DNA of 64,000 bases from an uncultured Gammaproteobacteria bacterium (GCA_964465375.1 CAYXIJ010000004.1:29642-93641), one strand, 5' to 3'. Positions 28,775 to 39,943 are shown, counted from the first letter of the stretch. The notes: generated by a model from the letters alone, not told the origin. Translations and numbers: made by a program.

Positions 28775-30073
28775 CTATAGGTTATAGCCCTGCTCGTCAT
28801 GGAGTACGAGATCAAGCCCTTCCTGCTCTTCCTGCTCGCCTACACGAAGGCCAATCACTGAATCAAGCACCTTGAGAATGATGAAACTAACCACACCACA
28901 GTAGACAACTGTCGCTACAACACCAACGACTTGCTTGCCAACCTGGGAGGCAATGGTTAGGCCCTCACCAAGACCCGCACCTCCGAGCCCAGCATCTACG
29001 AATACGCCCGTTAAGAGTGCGCCAATCACCCCGCCAACACCATGCACACCAAAGGCATCCAGAGAGTCATCATAGCCAAAGGCGCGCTTCGCCTTAACCA
29101 CAGCAAGATAGCACCCTAGGCCAGATGCGACGCCAATTGCGAGAGCGCCCATGGGTCCAACAAAACCCGACGCTGGAGTGATTGCGACCAACCCTGCCAC
29201 TGCACCAGAAACCAAACCCAGTGCACTTGGCTTGCCATGGCTCTTCCATTCAAGAAACATCCAGGTCAAAGCCGCAGCCGCTGTCGCAACCTGTGTAACG
29301 ACCATGGCCATTCCGGCCACCCCATCCGCAGCCAGTTCACTGCCTGCATTGAAACCAAACCAGCCTACCCACAACATGGCAGCCCCGACCATGGTCAATA
29401 CCAAGTTGCTCGGCTTCATGGGTGACTGTGGATAACCAGCCCTCTTTCCTAGCACGATAGCTGCTACCAAGCCTGCTATGCCTGCGTTGATGTGGACCAC
29501 AGTTCCTCCGGCGAAATCGAGTACGCCCATTTCACCTAGCCATCCACCGCCCCAGACCCAGTGGCACACTGGCCCATATACCAGCGTCACCCACAGCCCC
29601 ATAAACCACAACATGGCTGAGAATTTCATGCGCTCTGCGAATGCACCAACGATGAGGGCCGGCGTAATCACGGCAAACGTTAATTGAAACATGGAAAATA
29701 CGGATTCTGGGATGGTGCCACTCAACGTGTCGACACCTACGCCAGCCATAAAAGCCTTCCCGAGACCACCTACATAGGCCGAGCCATCTCCGAAAGCCAG
29801 GCTATAGACATATAGCACCCAAAGTACGGTCATGAGACAACAGATCGTGAAACACTGCATCATGACCGAAAGCGCATTCTTGGCTCTCACCATGCCCGCA
29901 TAAAAAAGCGATAGCCCGGGTATAGTCATAAATAACACCAGGGCTGTCGATGTGAGCATCCATGCAGTGTCCCCCGAGTCCAGTGCATCCTGAGCAACGG
30001 CAAGACCAGGTGTAACCAAAGCCACGACCGCATACATACCGGCCAGAACGTGTTTCGAAATTTTGTTCTGCAT
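28775..30073 (-). CDS. amtB: Ammonium transporter
   Basis: GAFAERMKF, VHINAGIAGL and DDSLDAFGVHGVGGVIGALLTG motifs. I trimmed the start from 30205 to the ATG at 30073 (MQNKISKHV), just downstream of the glnK stop. Confidence 0.92.
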   Translation of the reverse strand: MQNKISKHVLAGMYAVVALVTPGLAVAQDALDSGDTAWMLTSTALVLFMTIPGLSLFYAGMVRAKNALSVMMQCFTICCLMTVLWVLYVYSLAFGDGSAYVGGLGKAFMAGVGVDTLSGTIPESVFSMFQLTFAVITPALIVGAFAERMKFSAMLWFMGLWVTLVYGPVCHWVWGGGWLGEMGVLDFAGGTVVHINAGIAGLVAAIVLGKRAGYPQSPMKPSNLVLTMVGAAMLWVGWFGFNAGSELAADGVAGMAMVVTQVATAAAALTWMFLEWKSHGKPSALGLVSGAVAGLVAITPASGFVGPMGALAIGVASGLGCYLAVVKAKRAFGYDDSLDAFGVHGVGGVIGALLTGVFVDAGLGGAGLGEGLTIASQVGKQVVGVVATVVYCGVVSFIILKVLDSVIGLRVGEQEEQEGLDLVLHDEQGYNL

Positions 30074-30095
30074 CTTTTTTCTCCTCTTCATTGAT

Positions 30096-31099
<1,004 letters not shown>

Positions 31100-31153
31100 C
31101 GCTAAAATCTCCTCATGCCAGTTCTTGTGATTGAGTAGTACACAACTTCTACA

Positions 31154-31169
31154 TGCAGAATTCGTGCCA
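31154..31169 (-). promoter_or_regulatory. Sigma54 (-24/-12) promoter
   Basis: The minus strand reads TGGCAC-GAATT-CTGCA (consensus TGGCAC-N5-TTGCA), about 55 nt upstream of the porin ATG. Confidence 0.7.
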
Positions 31170-31240
31170 ACTATTTTTGGCTTAATTTCAGGCCTGAAAA
31201 AATATTATTTGGTAAAAAACGCACCGTTAGCAAGCACCCC

Positions 31241-31257
31241 TGCACTGATATGGAGCA
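31241..31257. promoter_or_regulatory. NtrC-type enhancer site candidate
   Basis: TGCACTGATATGGAGCA compared with the consensus TGCACCA-N3-TGGTGCA. It lies about 80 nt upstream of the sigma54 promoter. Confidence 0.45.
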
Positions 31258-31425
31258 ACCCGCTGATGGCACCTCAGGAAACATAAATGAACAGCTAATG
31301 AGGCAACTACCAAAAGCAAGTGTTGGCAAAAATGTCTCTTTAATAGTTCAAAATCAGCAGTTTTTGAGCTCTTTTCTTAATTTTGAAATCGGCCCCTGAC
31401 CGCCTTTGGGACGCTTTGGAGGTTG

Positions 31426-31743
31426 TTATTCTTCGGGTCCGATCGTAAGAGCCATTCCATCAAGTTCAGCACTCACTTCTACCTGACAACTCAGGCGAGA
31501 CCGGGCCTCATTGAAGCCGGTTAGACTCTGCAGTAAGTCCCGCTCTTCTCCTGCAGGAGGCTGGAGACGGGAGAACCAATCTGGGTCTATATAAACATGA
31601 CATGTGGCGCAAGCACAAAGCCCTCCGCATATAGCCTCAACACTGTTGTCTAGCTCACGAATGTTTTCCATCACAGAGATCCCGGCATGGGCGTCCACCG
31701 ATAAAATCTGCCCTTCCCGATTTGTGACAACGAGTTTAATCAT
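31426..31743 (-). CDS. 2Fe-2S ferredoxin (adrenodoxin/putidaredoxin type)
   Basis: CGGLCACATCHV plus the distal Cys in RLSCQV. I trimmed the start to MIKLVVTNREGQ. Confidence 0.85.
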   Translation of the reverse strand: MIKLVVTNREGQILSVDAHAGISVMENIRELDNSVEAICGGLCACATCHVYIDPDWFSRLQPPAGEERDLLQSLTGFNEARSRLSCQVEVSAELDGMALTIGPEE

Positions 31744-31840
31744 GCGAGTGTGTTTGGATTTGAGCAATAGACCTGAGGCGCGCACTATAGCAGAAACATA
31801 TCAATATCCCGCATTGTGTGGGCAAATTAAAATTGCAACC

Positions 31841-32572
31841 ATGAGTCGATACCGAAATCCATTGTTCCTGGCAACTTTTATCCTCGGGCTAATACTCGTC
31901 AGTGTATTTTTACCGGTGCGAGACTGGCTCACCACAGGGATTATCTGGATTAACGCCAACCACTCGGCGGCGTGGGTAATTTTTATCCTAACCTATGCCC
32001 TTGCCCCCATTTTCCTGATTCCAGGAACCATCCTGACCCTTGCGGCCGGATTCGCATTCGGTCTCCCCATGGGTGTGCTCCTTGTTTCTATTGGCAGCTT
32101 GCTCGGTGCTGTAAATGCTTTTTTAATCGGGCGGTTTTTTGCTCGGGATTGGGTGTCCCGGTATTTAGCAAGAACCCCTACGTTTAACGCATTGGATAAT
32201 GCAACACATGACCGCGGGTTCTTGATTGTTCTACTGACAAGGCTCTCTCCGTTGATTCCTTTTAATGTGCTGAACTATATCCTTGGCCTGACAAAAGTAG
32301 GCCTCAAGGATTACTGTCTAGCAACATGGATTGGAATGTTGCCTGCCACCCTTTCATATACATATGCCGGGTCAGTAACCAAAGACATTTTTGCAATTAC
32401 GGCTGATGCACCTCAGAAAAGTACGGCTGACTATGCTTTACTCTTAATGGGGCTTGTTTCCACCATTGCATTAGTAATTTTCCTCGCTCAAAAATCAAAA
32501 AGAATTTTGAATGAGCACTTGCAACACCACACACAAAATCGGGAACGTTTTGAACGGAAAAACTCTTACTAA
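31841..32572 (+). CDS. TVP38/TMEM64 (DedA-related) family membrane protein
   Basis: Polytopic protein with the LLTRLSPLIPFNVLNYILGLT signature. I trimmed the start to the ATG at 31841 (MSRYRNPLF), because the track ORF begins inside the ferredoxin gene. Confidence 0.8.
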   Translation: MSRYRNPLFLATFILGLILVSVFLPVRDWLTTGIIWINANHSAAWVIFILTYALAPIFLIPGTILTLAAGFAFGLPMGVLLVSIGSLLGAVNAFLIGRFFARDWVSRYLARTPTFNALDNATHDRGFLIVLLTRLSPLIPFNVLNYILGLTKVGLKDYCLATWIGMLPATLSYTYAGSVTKDIFAITADAPQKSTADYALLLMGLVSTIALVIFLAQKSKRILNEHLQHHTQNRERFERKNSY

Positions 32573-32651
32573 GCTACCCTAAAAGAAGTCGAAAGAGCCT
32601 TGTCTTTTGAACAATCCAGAGGCTCAAGTAGGAAAAATTCCTGTCACCAAA

Positions 32652-32687
32652 ACCCAAGCTAGTTCATAATGACAGATAAGCTTGGGT
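32652..32687. other. Perfect 9-bp inverted repeat (hairpin) in an intergenic region
   Basis: ACCCAAGCT (32652-32660) and AGCTTGGGT (32679-32687) with an 18-nt loop. There is no U-tract on the plus strand and only TTTGG on the minus strand. Confidence 0.3.
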
Positions 32688-32785
32688 ACCATGCGACGGC
32701 ACTTGCAATGCAATGCGGGTAGTTGGGGGGTACCGGATGCCTCCGTTACAATATGATTCAATGGCCGAATGTCAAGGAGGAGTTC

Positions 32786-33361
32786 ATGGCTTTTCGTTTT
32801 AAGCTTGTGATTTTTATAACGATAGGGGCACTAGGTGTCAGCTACATCGCCCAAGCCGCCGAGTGGAGTACTATCAGAAGCTCCAGTTCCGTGACCTTTG
32901 TTGCAACCCAGGAAGGATCCCAATTTCAAGGTTTGTTTGAAACATTTTCTGCAGAGGTTGATTTCGATACCGCTGACCCGAACAGTGGTCAAATCATTGG
33001 TGTTGTAGAGCCTGCGTCCGTGAATACAGGGGATGCTGAGCGAGACGCAACACTCTTAGATCGGGATTGGTTCGATCCAAGTAACTACCCAGAATCCAAG
33101 TTTGAATCTGAACGAATTGAAGTAATGAAGGACGGAAGCTACCGTGCTCATGCTCAGCTGACACTCCGTGGCGTTACTAACCCTGTAGTCATGGACTTCA
33201 CCTTTGACAGCTCTGAGGTCAGCGGTATCAATCAGGGAAACCTGTCTGGAACGGTAAAAATAAATCGTCTAGATTTTGGTGTAGGTCAGGGTTTCTGGGC
33301 AGACACATCATGGGTTGCTAATGAAGTCAACGTAAGGGTAAATCTAAGTTTAGAGCAATAA
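32786..33361 (+). CDS. YceI-family (polyisoprenoid-binding) periplasmic protein
   Basis: Signal peptide and YceI-like lipocalin-length protein (ATQEGSQFQG..F.....DF). I trimmed the start to MAFRFKLVIF, which is preceded by GGAGG. Confidence 0.75.
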   Translation: MAFRFKLVIFITIGALGVSYIAQAAEWSTIRSSSSVTFVATQEGSQFQGLFETFSAEVDFDTADPNSGQIIGVVEPASVNTGDAERDATLLDRDWFDPSNYPESKFESERIEVMKDGSYRAHAQLTLRGVTNPVVMDFTFDSSEVSGINQGNLSGTVKINRLDFGVGQGFWADTSWVANEVNVRVNLSLEQ

Positions 33362-33391
33362 CACCACCTCTAGACCAAACAGGAAGTATTC

Positions 33392-36300
33392 TCAGACATC
33401 AAAAGCTGGCTTAATTCGCGCTCTATCCATAGACCAACCTTCTGGCAATATATCCTCCAGAATCAAGTAAAGGCATGGCACCAAGAATAACGTCATCAAG
33501 GTAGCGAACAGCACGCCCCACCCGAGGGAAATGGACATGGGCACAACGAAAGCTGTATTTGGATTGTTCGATAACATCAAAGGAACTAAGCCGACGAAGG
33601 TAGTCACTGAGGTCAGAAAAATAGGCCGAAACCTCACTATTCCGGCCTGCACCGCCGCTTCATGGATGGTTGCACCCTGTCTGCGCAAACCGTTCATGTA
33701 ATGCACCAGTACAAGACTTGCATTCACCACCACGCCGGAAAGAGCAATCATTCCTAATACCGAGGCCATAACTACCGGCCATCCCATGATTGCGTGCCCT
33801 ATCAGAGCGCCGACGGCCCCAAACGGTATCACGCTCATGATCACGAAAGGTTGAACATAAGATTTCAGTGGAATTGCCAATAAAGCAAACATAATCATAA
33901 GGGCCAGGGGTACAAGCGACGCAAGCCCTGAAAACGCCTCCGTGCCCTCTTCCTGTTCCCCTCCCAGGTAATAGCTCATTCCTCGGTAGTCTGACAGAAT
34001 AGACGGCAACGCCTCAGCCTCTAAAGAATCGAGGATCAGCCCGGGGGTCGTTACACTACGGTCAACATCTGCGGTTACAGTGACCACGCGTTGCCGGTCA
34101 ATACGCCTTATGGTCGAAAAACCCGTACCGAAATCCACCTCAGCTACTGCCGCAAAAGGTACCTCGGAGCCAGTTGCGGTTCGAATTCGCATATCCTCAA
34201 GGTCCCCGAGAGACCTTCTCTCGGATTCAGGATAACGGACCATAACCCTGACATCCTCAGTACCGCGCTGGATCCTCTGGGCCTCCTCACCATAAAAGGC
34301 CTGACGGACCTGACGCGCCAAGTCGTTTAAGGTTAGCCCTAGATGGCGTGCTTCAGGGCGTAATGACAATTTCACTTCCTGCTTGCCAGAGCGAAACGAA
34401 TCCGAGATATCCGCAACACCACCGAATCTGCTCAGCTCAGCCCGAATTCTCGCAGCGGCCTCGCCCAGCTCGCCCACATCGCGCCCCCGGAGATTAATGG
34501 AGATCGCCTCACCAGTATTGAATGCAACCGCGGAATATCTGAGTTCCACCACGTCCGCTACCTGGCCGGCAAGATCACGCCAACGTGATGCGACTTCTAA
34601 GGAACCGATGTCGCGCTCAGCGACCGGAACCAAAGCCATGGACACTTCGGCAAGATGACTGACCCCGGGCACCAAAAAGGATCCTCTTGGACCTCCGCCA
34701 CTTCGCCCGGCAGCCCTGCCAATCGAGGTTAGAATATGGGTAACAACACTTGGCTCACCCGGGTCTTCACTGTCTAGCTGTGCTTTAAGCTGCAATGCCG
34801 CCCGCTCAATTTGTTCCGCGGCCCGCACAGTTTCCTCTATAGGAATCCCCTCCGGCATGGTAAGGCTCGCATATATGCGGTTACCCTCAATCGGGGGCAT
34901 AAACTGGAAGCTAATGCGCCCGCTAAAAAGCACCGCTAGCATCAGCATTGTCACACCTAACCCCATAGCCAATGCTGCATATCGCCATCCCAATACCTTT
35001 TTCAAAAACTCTCCATATCGCTGTTCAGCAAAACGTTCTAACCCTTCCCCCAACCTGCCCTGAAACCGGGTCCATTTCTCAACGAAAGGTTTTTGCTTGC
35101 CGTGAGAATTCTCACGTTTTCGATGGGCAAGATGCGACGGCAAAATCAATAGGCACTCGATAACGCTGAATATCAGACAAATAACAACGATCTGACCGAT
35201 AATAGAAAAGAAAGCTCCCATGCGTCCCGGCGTAAAGATGAGAGGTATAAAGGCTGCCATAGTGGTTAGGACCCCGAAAACCACAGGAACTAACATTTCG
35301 TGTGCACCATTAATCGCGGCGGTGCGTTGATCTTCCCCGCCACGCTCGTGCGCATATACACGCTCCCCCACCACAATGGCATCGTCTACGACGATGCCGA
35401 GCACCAACATAAATGCGGTGGTGGCGAGCATGCTCATCGTAATCCCAAAGAAATCAAACGTCATGATCCCGCCAAGCAACGCAATCGGAATACCTGCAGC
35501 AACCCACATTGCTAAACGAAATTGGAGGGGCAGGGTAAGCGCTAACAATACGAGTACCAGTCCCCCCAGGGCCACACCAAGCATTGTGTTGATTGCCTCG
35601 CTCACATCCTCAGATTCATCCAGCCAAATAGCCAACTCGATGCCCTCAGGTACCTGGTGTCGAGCCTCTTCAAGATAAGTCTTCCCCTTCTCTGAAACAG
35701 CCCTACCGTCTTCACTTGTAATCCGATATACCTTAACCACCGCAGCTGGCCGGCCATCCAACCGCACCCGAAGATCACCCTCTTCAAACCCGTCAATCAC
35801 CCGGGCAATCTCGCCAAGAGTAACCGCTGTGCCATCTGCCCGGGTCACAATAACGATGCGCTCAAATTCACTGCCCTCATACGCCTGCCCCTTTGTTCGC
35901 AACAAGATCTCGCCGCCCCCGGTCTTGATAGAACCACCTGGTAGATCGAGCGAAGAACGCCTCACCGCATTCGCCACTGCCTGCAACGTAAGTCCGTAGC
36001 GCCGTAGTGCTTGCTCCGAGACCTCGATTGAAATCTCGTCCGGGCGTACATACTCCACCGCTACCTGGGAAATACCGTCTATAGCAACAAGGTCTTCCCT
36101 CATATCCATTGCCAGCTGTTTGAGAGTGCGCTCATCAGCCTCTCCCGAAATAACGATATGCAGCACCTGATTCAAAACTGTTAATTCGGAAATAATCGGC
36201 CGCTCCGTCTCTTCCGGAAACGTATTAATGCTATCCACCTTGCTTTTTATTTCGTTGAGCGCTTGAGGAATATCGGACCCAAGGTCAATTTCCAGAGTAA

Positions 36301-36574
36301 CGGTACAGTTCCCCTCCCTTGCTCTGGATGTCATCCTGAAAATACTTTCCGCGCTTTCTAGTGCTTCCTCAATTCGAAAACAAACACCCTCCTCTACTTC
36401 CTCGGGCGCGGCCCCCAGATAAGGAACACTGACCTGCACGATCCCCAACTCCACATCAGGAAACTGCTCCTGGTTGAGTTGTGCCAGCGACATCAGGCCG
36501 CCGCCAACTAAAATCAACATAAGCAAATTAGATGCAACCGGGTTATCAACAAACCAAGCGATAATCGATTTCAT
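33392..36574 (-). CDS. RND efflux transporter permease (AcrB family)
   Basis: 1060 aa protein with 12-TM RND architecture and two large periplasmic loops. Confidence 0.92.
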   Translation of the reverse strand: MKSIIAWFVDNPVASNLLMLILVGGGLMSLAQLNQEQFPDVELGIVQVSVPYLGAAPEEVEEGVCFRIEEALESAESIFRMTSRAREGNCTVTLEIDLGSDIPQALNEIKSKVDSINTFPEETERPIISELTVLNQVLHIVISGEADERTLKQLAMDMREDLVAIDGISQVAVEYVRPDEISIEVSEQALRRYGLTLQAVANAVRRSSLDLPGGSIKTGGGEILLRTKGQAYEGSEFERIVIVTRADGTAVTLGEIARVIDGFEEGDLRVRLDGRPAAVVKVYRITSEDGRAVSEKGKTYLEEARHQVPEGIELAIWLDESEDVSEAINTMLGVALGGLVLVLLALTLPLQFRLAMWVAAGIPIALLGGIMTFDFFGITMSMLATTAFMLVLGIVVDDAIVVGERVYAHERGGEDQRTAAINGAHEMLVPVVFGVLTTMAAFIPLIFTPGRMGAFFSIIGQIVVICLIFSVIECLLILPSHLAHRKRENSHGKQKPFVEKWTRFQGRLGEGLERFAEQRYGEFLKKVLGWRYAALAMGLGVTMLMLAVLFSGRISFQFMPPIEGNRIYASLTMPEGIPIEETVRAAEQIERAALQLKAQLDSEDPGEPSVVTHILTSIGRAAGRSGGGPRGSFLVPGVSHLAEVSMALVPVAERDIGSLEVASRWRDLAGQVADVVELRYSAVAFNTGEAISINLRGRDVGELGEAAARIRAELSRFGGVADISDSFRSGKQEVKLSLRPEARHLGLTLNDLARQVRQAFYGEEAQRIQRGTEDVRVMVRYPESERRSLGDLEDMRIRTATGSEVPFAAVAEVDFGTGFSTIRRIDRQRVVTVTADVDRSVTTPGLILDSLEAEALPSILSDYRGMSYYLGGEQEEGTEAFSGLASLVPLALMIMFALLAIPLKSYVQPFVIMSVIPFGAVGALIGHAIMGWPVVMASVLGMIALSGVVVNASLVLVHYMNGLRRQGATIHEAAVQAGIVRFRPIFLTSVTTFVGLVPLMLSNNPNTAFVVPMSISLGWGVLFATLMTLFLVPCLYLILEDILPEGWSMDRARIKPAFDV

Positions 36575-36579
36575 GGGTC

Positions 36580-37734
36580 TCAGTACTCTGTGGTGTCAGG
36601 ATAGACTGGGCTAACCAACATGCCGCTCACTACTGTTTGCAGGGGCGAGATACACACCACCTCCCCCTTGCTCAGCCCTTCAACGATATAAACCTCATCA
36701 CGGTAAATCCGCAGGATTTCGACTGTGCGATACTGGAGCTGCCGATCTTCGTCCATCACAAGAACTTGATTGTCATTTCGTAACGCAGAACGCGGCAAGA
36801 CGGTGATATTGTCTACCAGGCGGCCCTCAATCTCTGCCTGCACGAATAAACCCACTGGTGGAGGCATTGTGTTCCCGTCCTCACCTGCTCGAATACGTGC
36901 AACCGCATGCACCATACGGCTGGCGGCATCTATTTCGGCCTCAGTACGAACAATCCTACCAAGCCATCGCTGCTCTGCCCCTGCAAAGCTGGCAGAAAGA
37001 GTTACCACAGGAGCATCTCCATCTAATTCGCCTCGTTGTGTCAATGGCACGCTGAGATATGCTAACTGTCTATCTGCAACAGGAAGGCGCACTTCCACAT
37101 AATCCGACCCGTAGACACTCGCAACTGATGTGCCACGACTCACAAACTGCCCCACATCTACACGTTCATTTCTTACAAGCCCCGCAAAGGGAGCTCGGAT
37201 CTGTGTGCGCGTTAGATCCCGTTCTGCCTGCTCTAAAACCACGCGCGCATCTCTCAGTGTCGCTTTCGTCACATTTGCTGTTCTAGTGGCATTCTCCAAG
37301 TCCGACTGACTGATAAGTTTCTCTGACTCCAATTCGATCGCGCGGGTCAGATTGAATTGGGCTAGTTGGTCTTCTGCCTCCGCACGACTGATACTTGCCT
37401 CGGCTCGGTCCACTGAATTCTGGTAGTCGCGATCATCCACCCTAAGAAGCAGCTCTCCCTGCTCAAAATATCCGCCTGAAACCAGATTCGGGGAAACCCA
37501 GACAACCGTGCCGGAAACCTCAGGAACTAAATCCGTTTCGGTTCTTGGCGCAACTGAACCTTGGGCATGTACAGCCATACGAACCATCTCCGGGAGAGCC
37601 TGAACCACGCGAACTGCTGTCGGCACAGGATCTGGCTGCGCCGGTCGTAACCGCTGACTGGTAGCCAGCAATGTAACTGTGCCCAAAAAAGCGACTGCCA
37701 AAATGACAACAGGGATAATGACTTTGGCCTTCAT
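36580..37734 (-). CDS. RND efflux periplasmic adaptor (MFP/HlyD family)
   Basis: Membrane anchor, coiled-coil hairpin and beta-barrel domains. It lies directly upstream of the RND pump gene. Confidence 0.88.
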   Translation of the reverse strand: MKAKVIIPVVILAVAFLGTVTLLATSQRLRPAQPDPVPTAVRVVQALPEMVRMAVHAQGSVAPRTETDLVPEVSGTVVWVSPNLVSGGYFEQGELLLRVDDRDYQNSVDRAEASISRAEAEDQLAQFNLTRAIELESEKLISQSDLENATRTANVTKATLRDARVVLEQAERDLTRTQIRAPFAGLVRNERVDVGQFVSRGTSVASVYGSDYVEVRLPVADRQLAYLSVPLTQRGELDGDAPVVTLSASFAGAEQRWLGRIVRTEAEIDAASRMVHAVARIRAGEDGNTMPPPVGLFVQAEIEGRLVDNITVLPRSALRNDNQVLVMDEDRQLQYRTVEILRIYRDEVYIVEGLSKGEVVCISPLQTVVSGMLVSPVYPDTTEY

Positions 37735-38438
37735 GCTGGTCCTTCGTTGCTTTGGTTGTCAGCTTTGCTGAGGAACTGATTAAGACTGCCCCCAAAAACA
37801 CCCACCAATTTTTGTACGCCTTCACTGAGGTCTTCCAAGTCTTTTCGATCTAAGGCACCCTGCATGCTACTGGCGATATTTGAAACCAGCTGGAGATCAA
37901 GGGCAGGTATAAGCCCCGTAGCCTCAATCCGCGGTAACATTTGCATCCTCAGTCCATTGGTGATCAATCGCAAAACTAACCGGTCTGAGCCTATGAAGAA
38001 CAGCCTCAAAAGCTTCCGAAAAATCTGGCCTTGCTTCTCCTGGCTTGCCGTCTGAAGTTCCCCCAAAACCGTCTTTACTTCAATAATTTCGGTTTCACTG
38101 GCTCTTTGAAGGAAGGATTGAGCAGCAAAACCAGCAAGCAGACTAAGCAACTCCATGACCTCTTCAACTAATACTGGGTCTGGTAACCGGTTCAAATCCA
38201 ACAACGGCCCTAAAACATCTAGTGTGCACTCCTCCACGGCAATTACACGGGCACCGCCCGGCTGTATCGATGCGATACCGAGTTGATCCAACTTTTTAAA
38301 CGCTTCGCGGACTGTTCCGCGGCTAGTTTCAAAACGCGCAGCCACATCACGCTCTGACGGCAGGCGCTCACCGGGCCGGTACTGTCCCCGGAGTATTTCG
38401 TCCTGGAGTACCAAGGCTACTTCCTCTGTTCTGGACAT
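37731..38438 (-). CDS. GntR-family (FadR-subfamily-like) transcriptional regulator
   Basis: Winged-HTH LPSERDVAARFETSRGTVREAFKKL plus an all-helical C-terminal domain. It overlaps the MFP gene by 4 nt. I trimmed the start to the ATG at 38438 (MSRTEEV). Confidence 0.85.
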   Translation of the reverse strand: MSRTEEVALVLQDEILRGQYRPGERLPSERDVAARFETSRGTVREAFKKLDQLGIASIQPGGARVIAVEECTLDVLGPLLDLNRLPDPVLVEEVMELLSLLAGFAAQSFLQRASETEIIEVKTVLGELQTASQEKQGQIFRKLLRLFFIGSDRLVLRLITNGLRMQMLPRIEATGLIPALDLQLVSNIASSMQGALDRKDLEDLSEGVQKLVGVFGGSLNQFLSKADNQSNEGPA

Positions 38439-38466
38439 GTTCAATACCAACCTTCAACCCAATGCT

Positions 38467-38507
38467 GTAGGACCAAATTGGCCTTACCTTAATGGTAGGA
38501 CCAAATT
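38467..38507. promoter_or_regulatory. Duplicated putative GntR operator
   Basis: An identical 13-mer GTAGGACCAAATT occurs at 38467-38479 and 38495-38507, a 28-nt period. The second copy contains TGGTAGGACCA, which fits the GntR-family pattern TGGT-N3-ACCA. That copy abuts a minus-strand TATAAT at 38505-38510. Confidence 0.55.
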
Positions 38508-38525
38508 ATATTTGATTCCCCCTGT

Positions 38526-38562
38526 CAAAACAACAAAAAGGTCCCGGGGAATGTGGGCCTTT
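38526..38562 (-). terminator. Rho-independent terminator with no annotated upstream gene
   Basis: The minus strand reads AAAGGCCC-acattcccc-GGGACCTTT followed by TTGTTGTTTTG. The stem spans 38537-38562 and the U-tract 38526-38536. Confidence 0.5.
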
Positions 38563-38860
38563 ATTGGTTTATCGGGCAAATGTTTTATATTTTTTGCTGA
38601 ATGTATTTAGAAATTACCAGTAGTCAGCATGCTGGAAAATTTCGCCACCTCCCAGTCGATCAAATTTCAGCCCTTTAGCTAAGCCGTTACTAATGTCATG
38701 GGGTAATATTAAACAAATACTATGATGGGGTTATCAGTGGATAAAAGCAGGATTATTGGTTTGTCGTTTTCCGGCAAAATTCTTGTTTCGCAGTTCAGAA
38801 AGAATCGCAGATGTTTTTGTCGCCCGTGCCAACGAAAACCACTTGGCAAAAGGACTAGCC

Positions 38861-39943
38861 ATGGATAATCAACTGCAGCGTCTCACCGGCCTTATCAAGC
38901 TCCCCTGGCTTGACCTCATTCCAATCTGGTTACAAGCGCTATGTATTGCAGGGCTGTTCCTGGTCCTGGCCTGGGTCATCGAGAAATTCGTAGTCGCTGC
39001 AACAGCCCGAATGGTACGTAGCACAAAAACCGACATTGATGATCAGTTGATTGAAAGCCTGAGGCGACCCCTTTTCTTAAGCGTCTTCTTTGTCGGTCTG
39101 GTTGCGGCTACACAATTGCTGGCATTGCCAGATACCCTCACACGCATCACTTTGGCAAGCCTTGGAACCATAGCAACAATCGTGTGGCTGGGATTCCTGG
39201 TTCGTCTCGCAAGCCTGACACTTGGCATCATTAGCAAGCTCAGAGGTAGCTACGAATTTGTTCAGCCCTCAACGCTACCTTTGTTTGATAACACGGCCAA
39301 AATCATTCTATTCCTAGGGGCAATCTACTTCATTTTTCTGGCTTGGGGTATTGATGTCAGTGCCTTGGTGGCTTCCGCGGGAATTGTCGGCCTTGCACTT
39401 AGTTTCGCAGCAAGAGATGCACTTTCCAATATCTTCGGTGGCATGTCTATTCTGGCAGACCGTCCATATCTGGTGGGTGATTACATTAACTTGGATTCCG
39501 GTGAACGTGGGCAGGTCACTCACATAGGACTACGTAGTACACGCATGCTAACCAGGGACGACGTGGAAATCAGTGTCCCCAACAGTGTTATGGGTAACGC
39601 TAAGATTATCAATGAAAGCGGTGGGCCATACGAAAAATTCCGTGTACGAATCAAGGTCAGTGTCGCCTACGGAAGTGACGTGGACCAAGTGGAGGCAGTC
39701 TTAATTGAATCAGCCGAACAACACCCGGAAGTCTGCAAAAAACCGGAGCCCCGGGTGAGATTCAGGTCTTTCGGTAGCTCCAGCATTGATTTTGAGCTTT
39801 TGGCCTGGGTCGAGCAACCAGTACATAAAGGACGATTGGAGCACGAACTGAATTGTGGTATTTATAAAGCATTCACACGCGAGAAAATAGAAATACCATT
39901 TCCGCAACAAGACGTACACATTAAAACTGAGCGGGGCGAATGA
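38861..39943 (+). CDS. Small-conductance mechanosensitive channel (MscS family)
   Basis: TM helices followed by ALSNIFGGMSILADRPYLVGDYI. I trimmed the start to the ATG at 38861 (MDNQLQRL). Confidence 0.88.
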   Translation: MDNQLQRLTGLIKLPWLDLIPIWLQALCIAGLFLVLAWVIEKFVVAATARMVRSTKTDIDDQLIESLRRPLFLSVFFVGLVAATQLLALPDTLTRITLASLGTIATIVWLGFLVRLASLTLGIISKLRGSYEFVQPSTLPLFDNTAKIILFLGAIYFIFLAWGIDVSALVASAGIVGLALSFAARDALSNIFGGMSILADRPYLVGDYINLDSGERGQVTHIGLRSTRMLTRDDVEISVPNSVMGNAKIINESGGPYEKFRVRIKVSVAYGSDVDQVEAVLIESAEQHPEVCKKPEPRVRFRSFGSSSIDFELLAWVEQPVHKGRLEHELNCGIYKAFTREKIEIPFPQQDVHIKTERGE

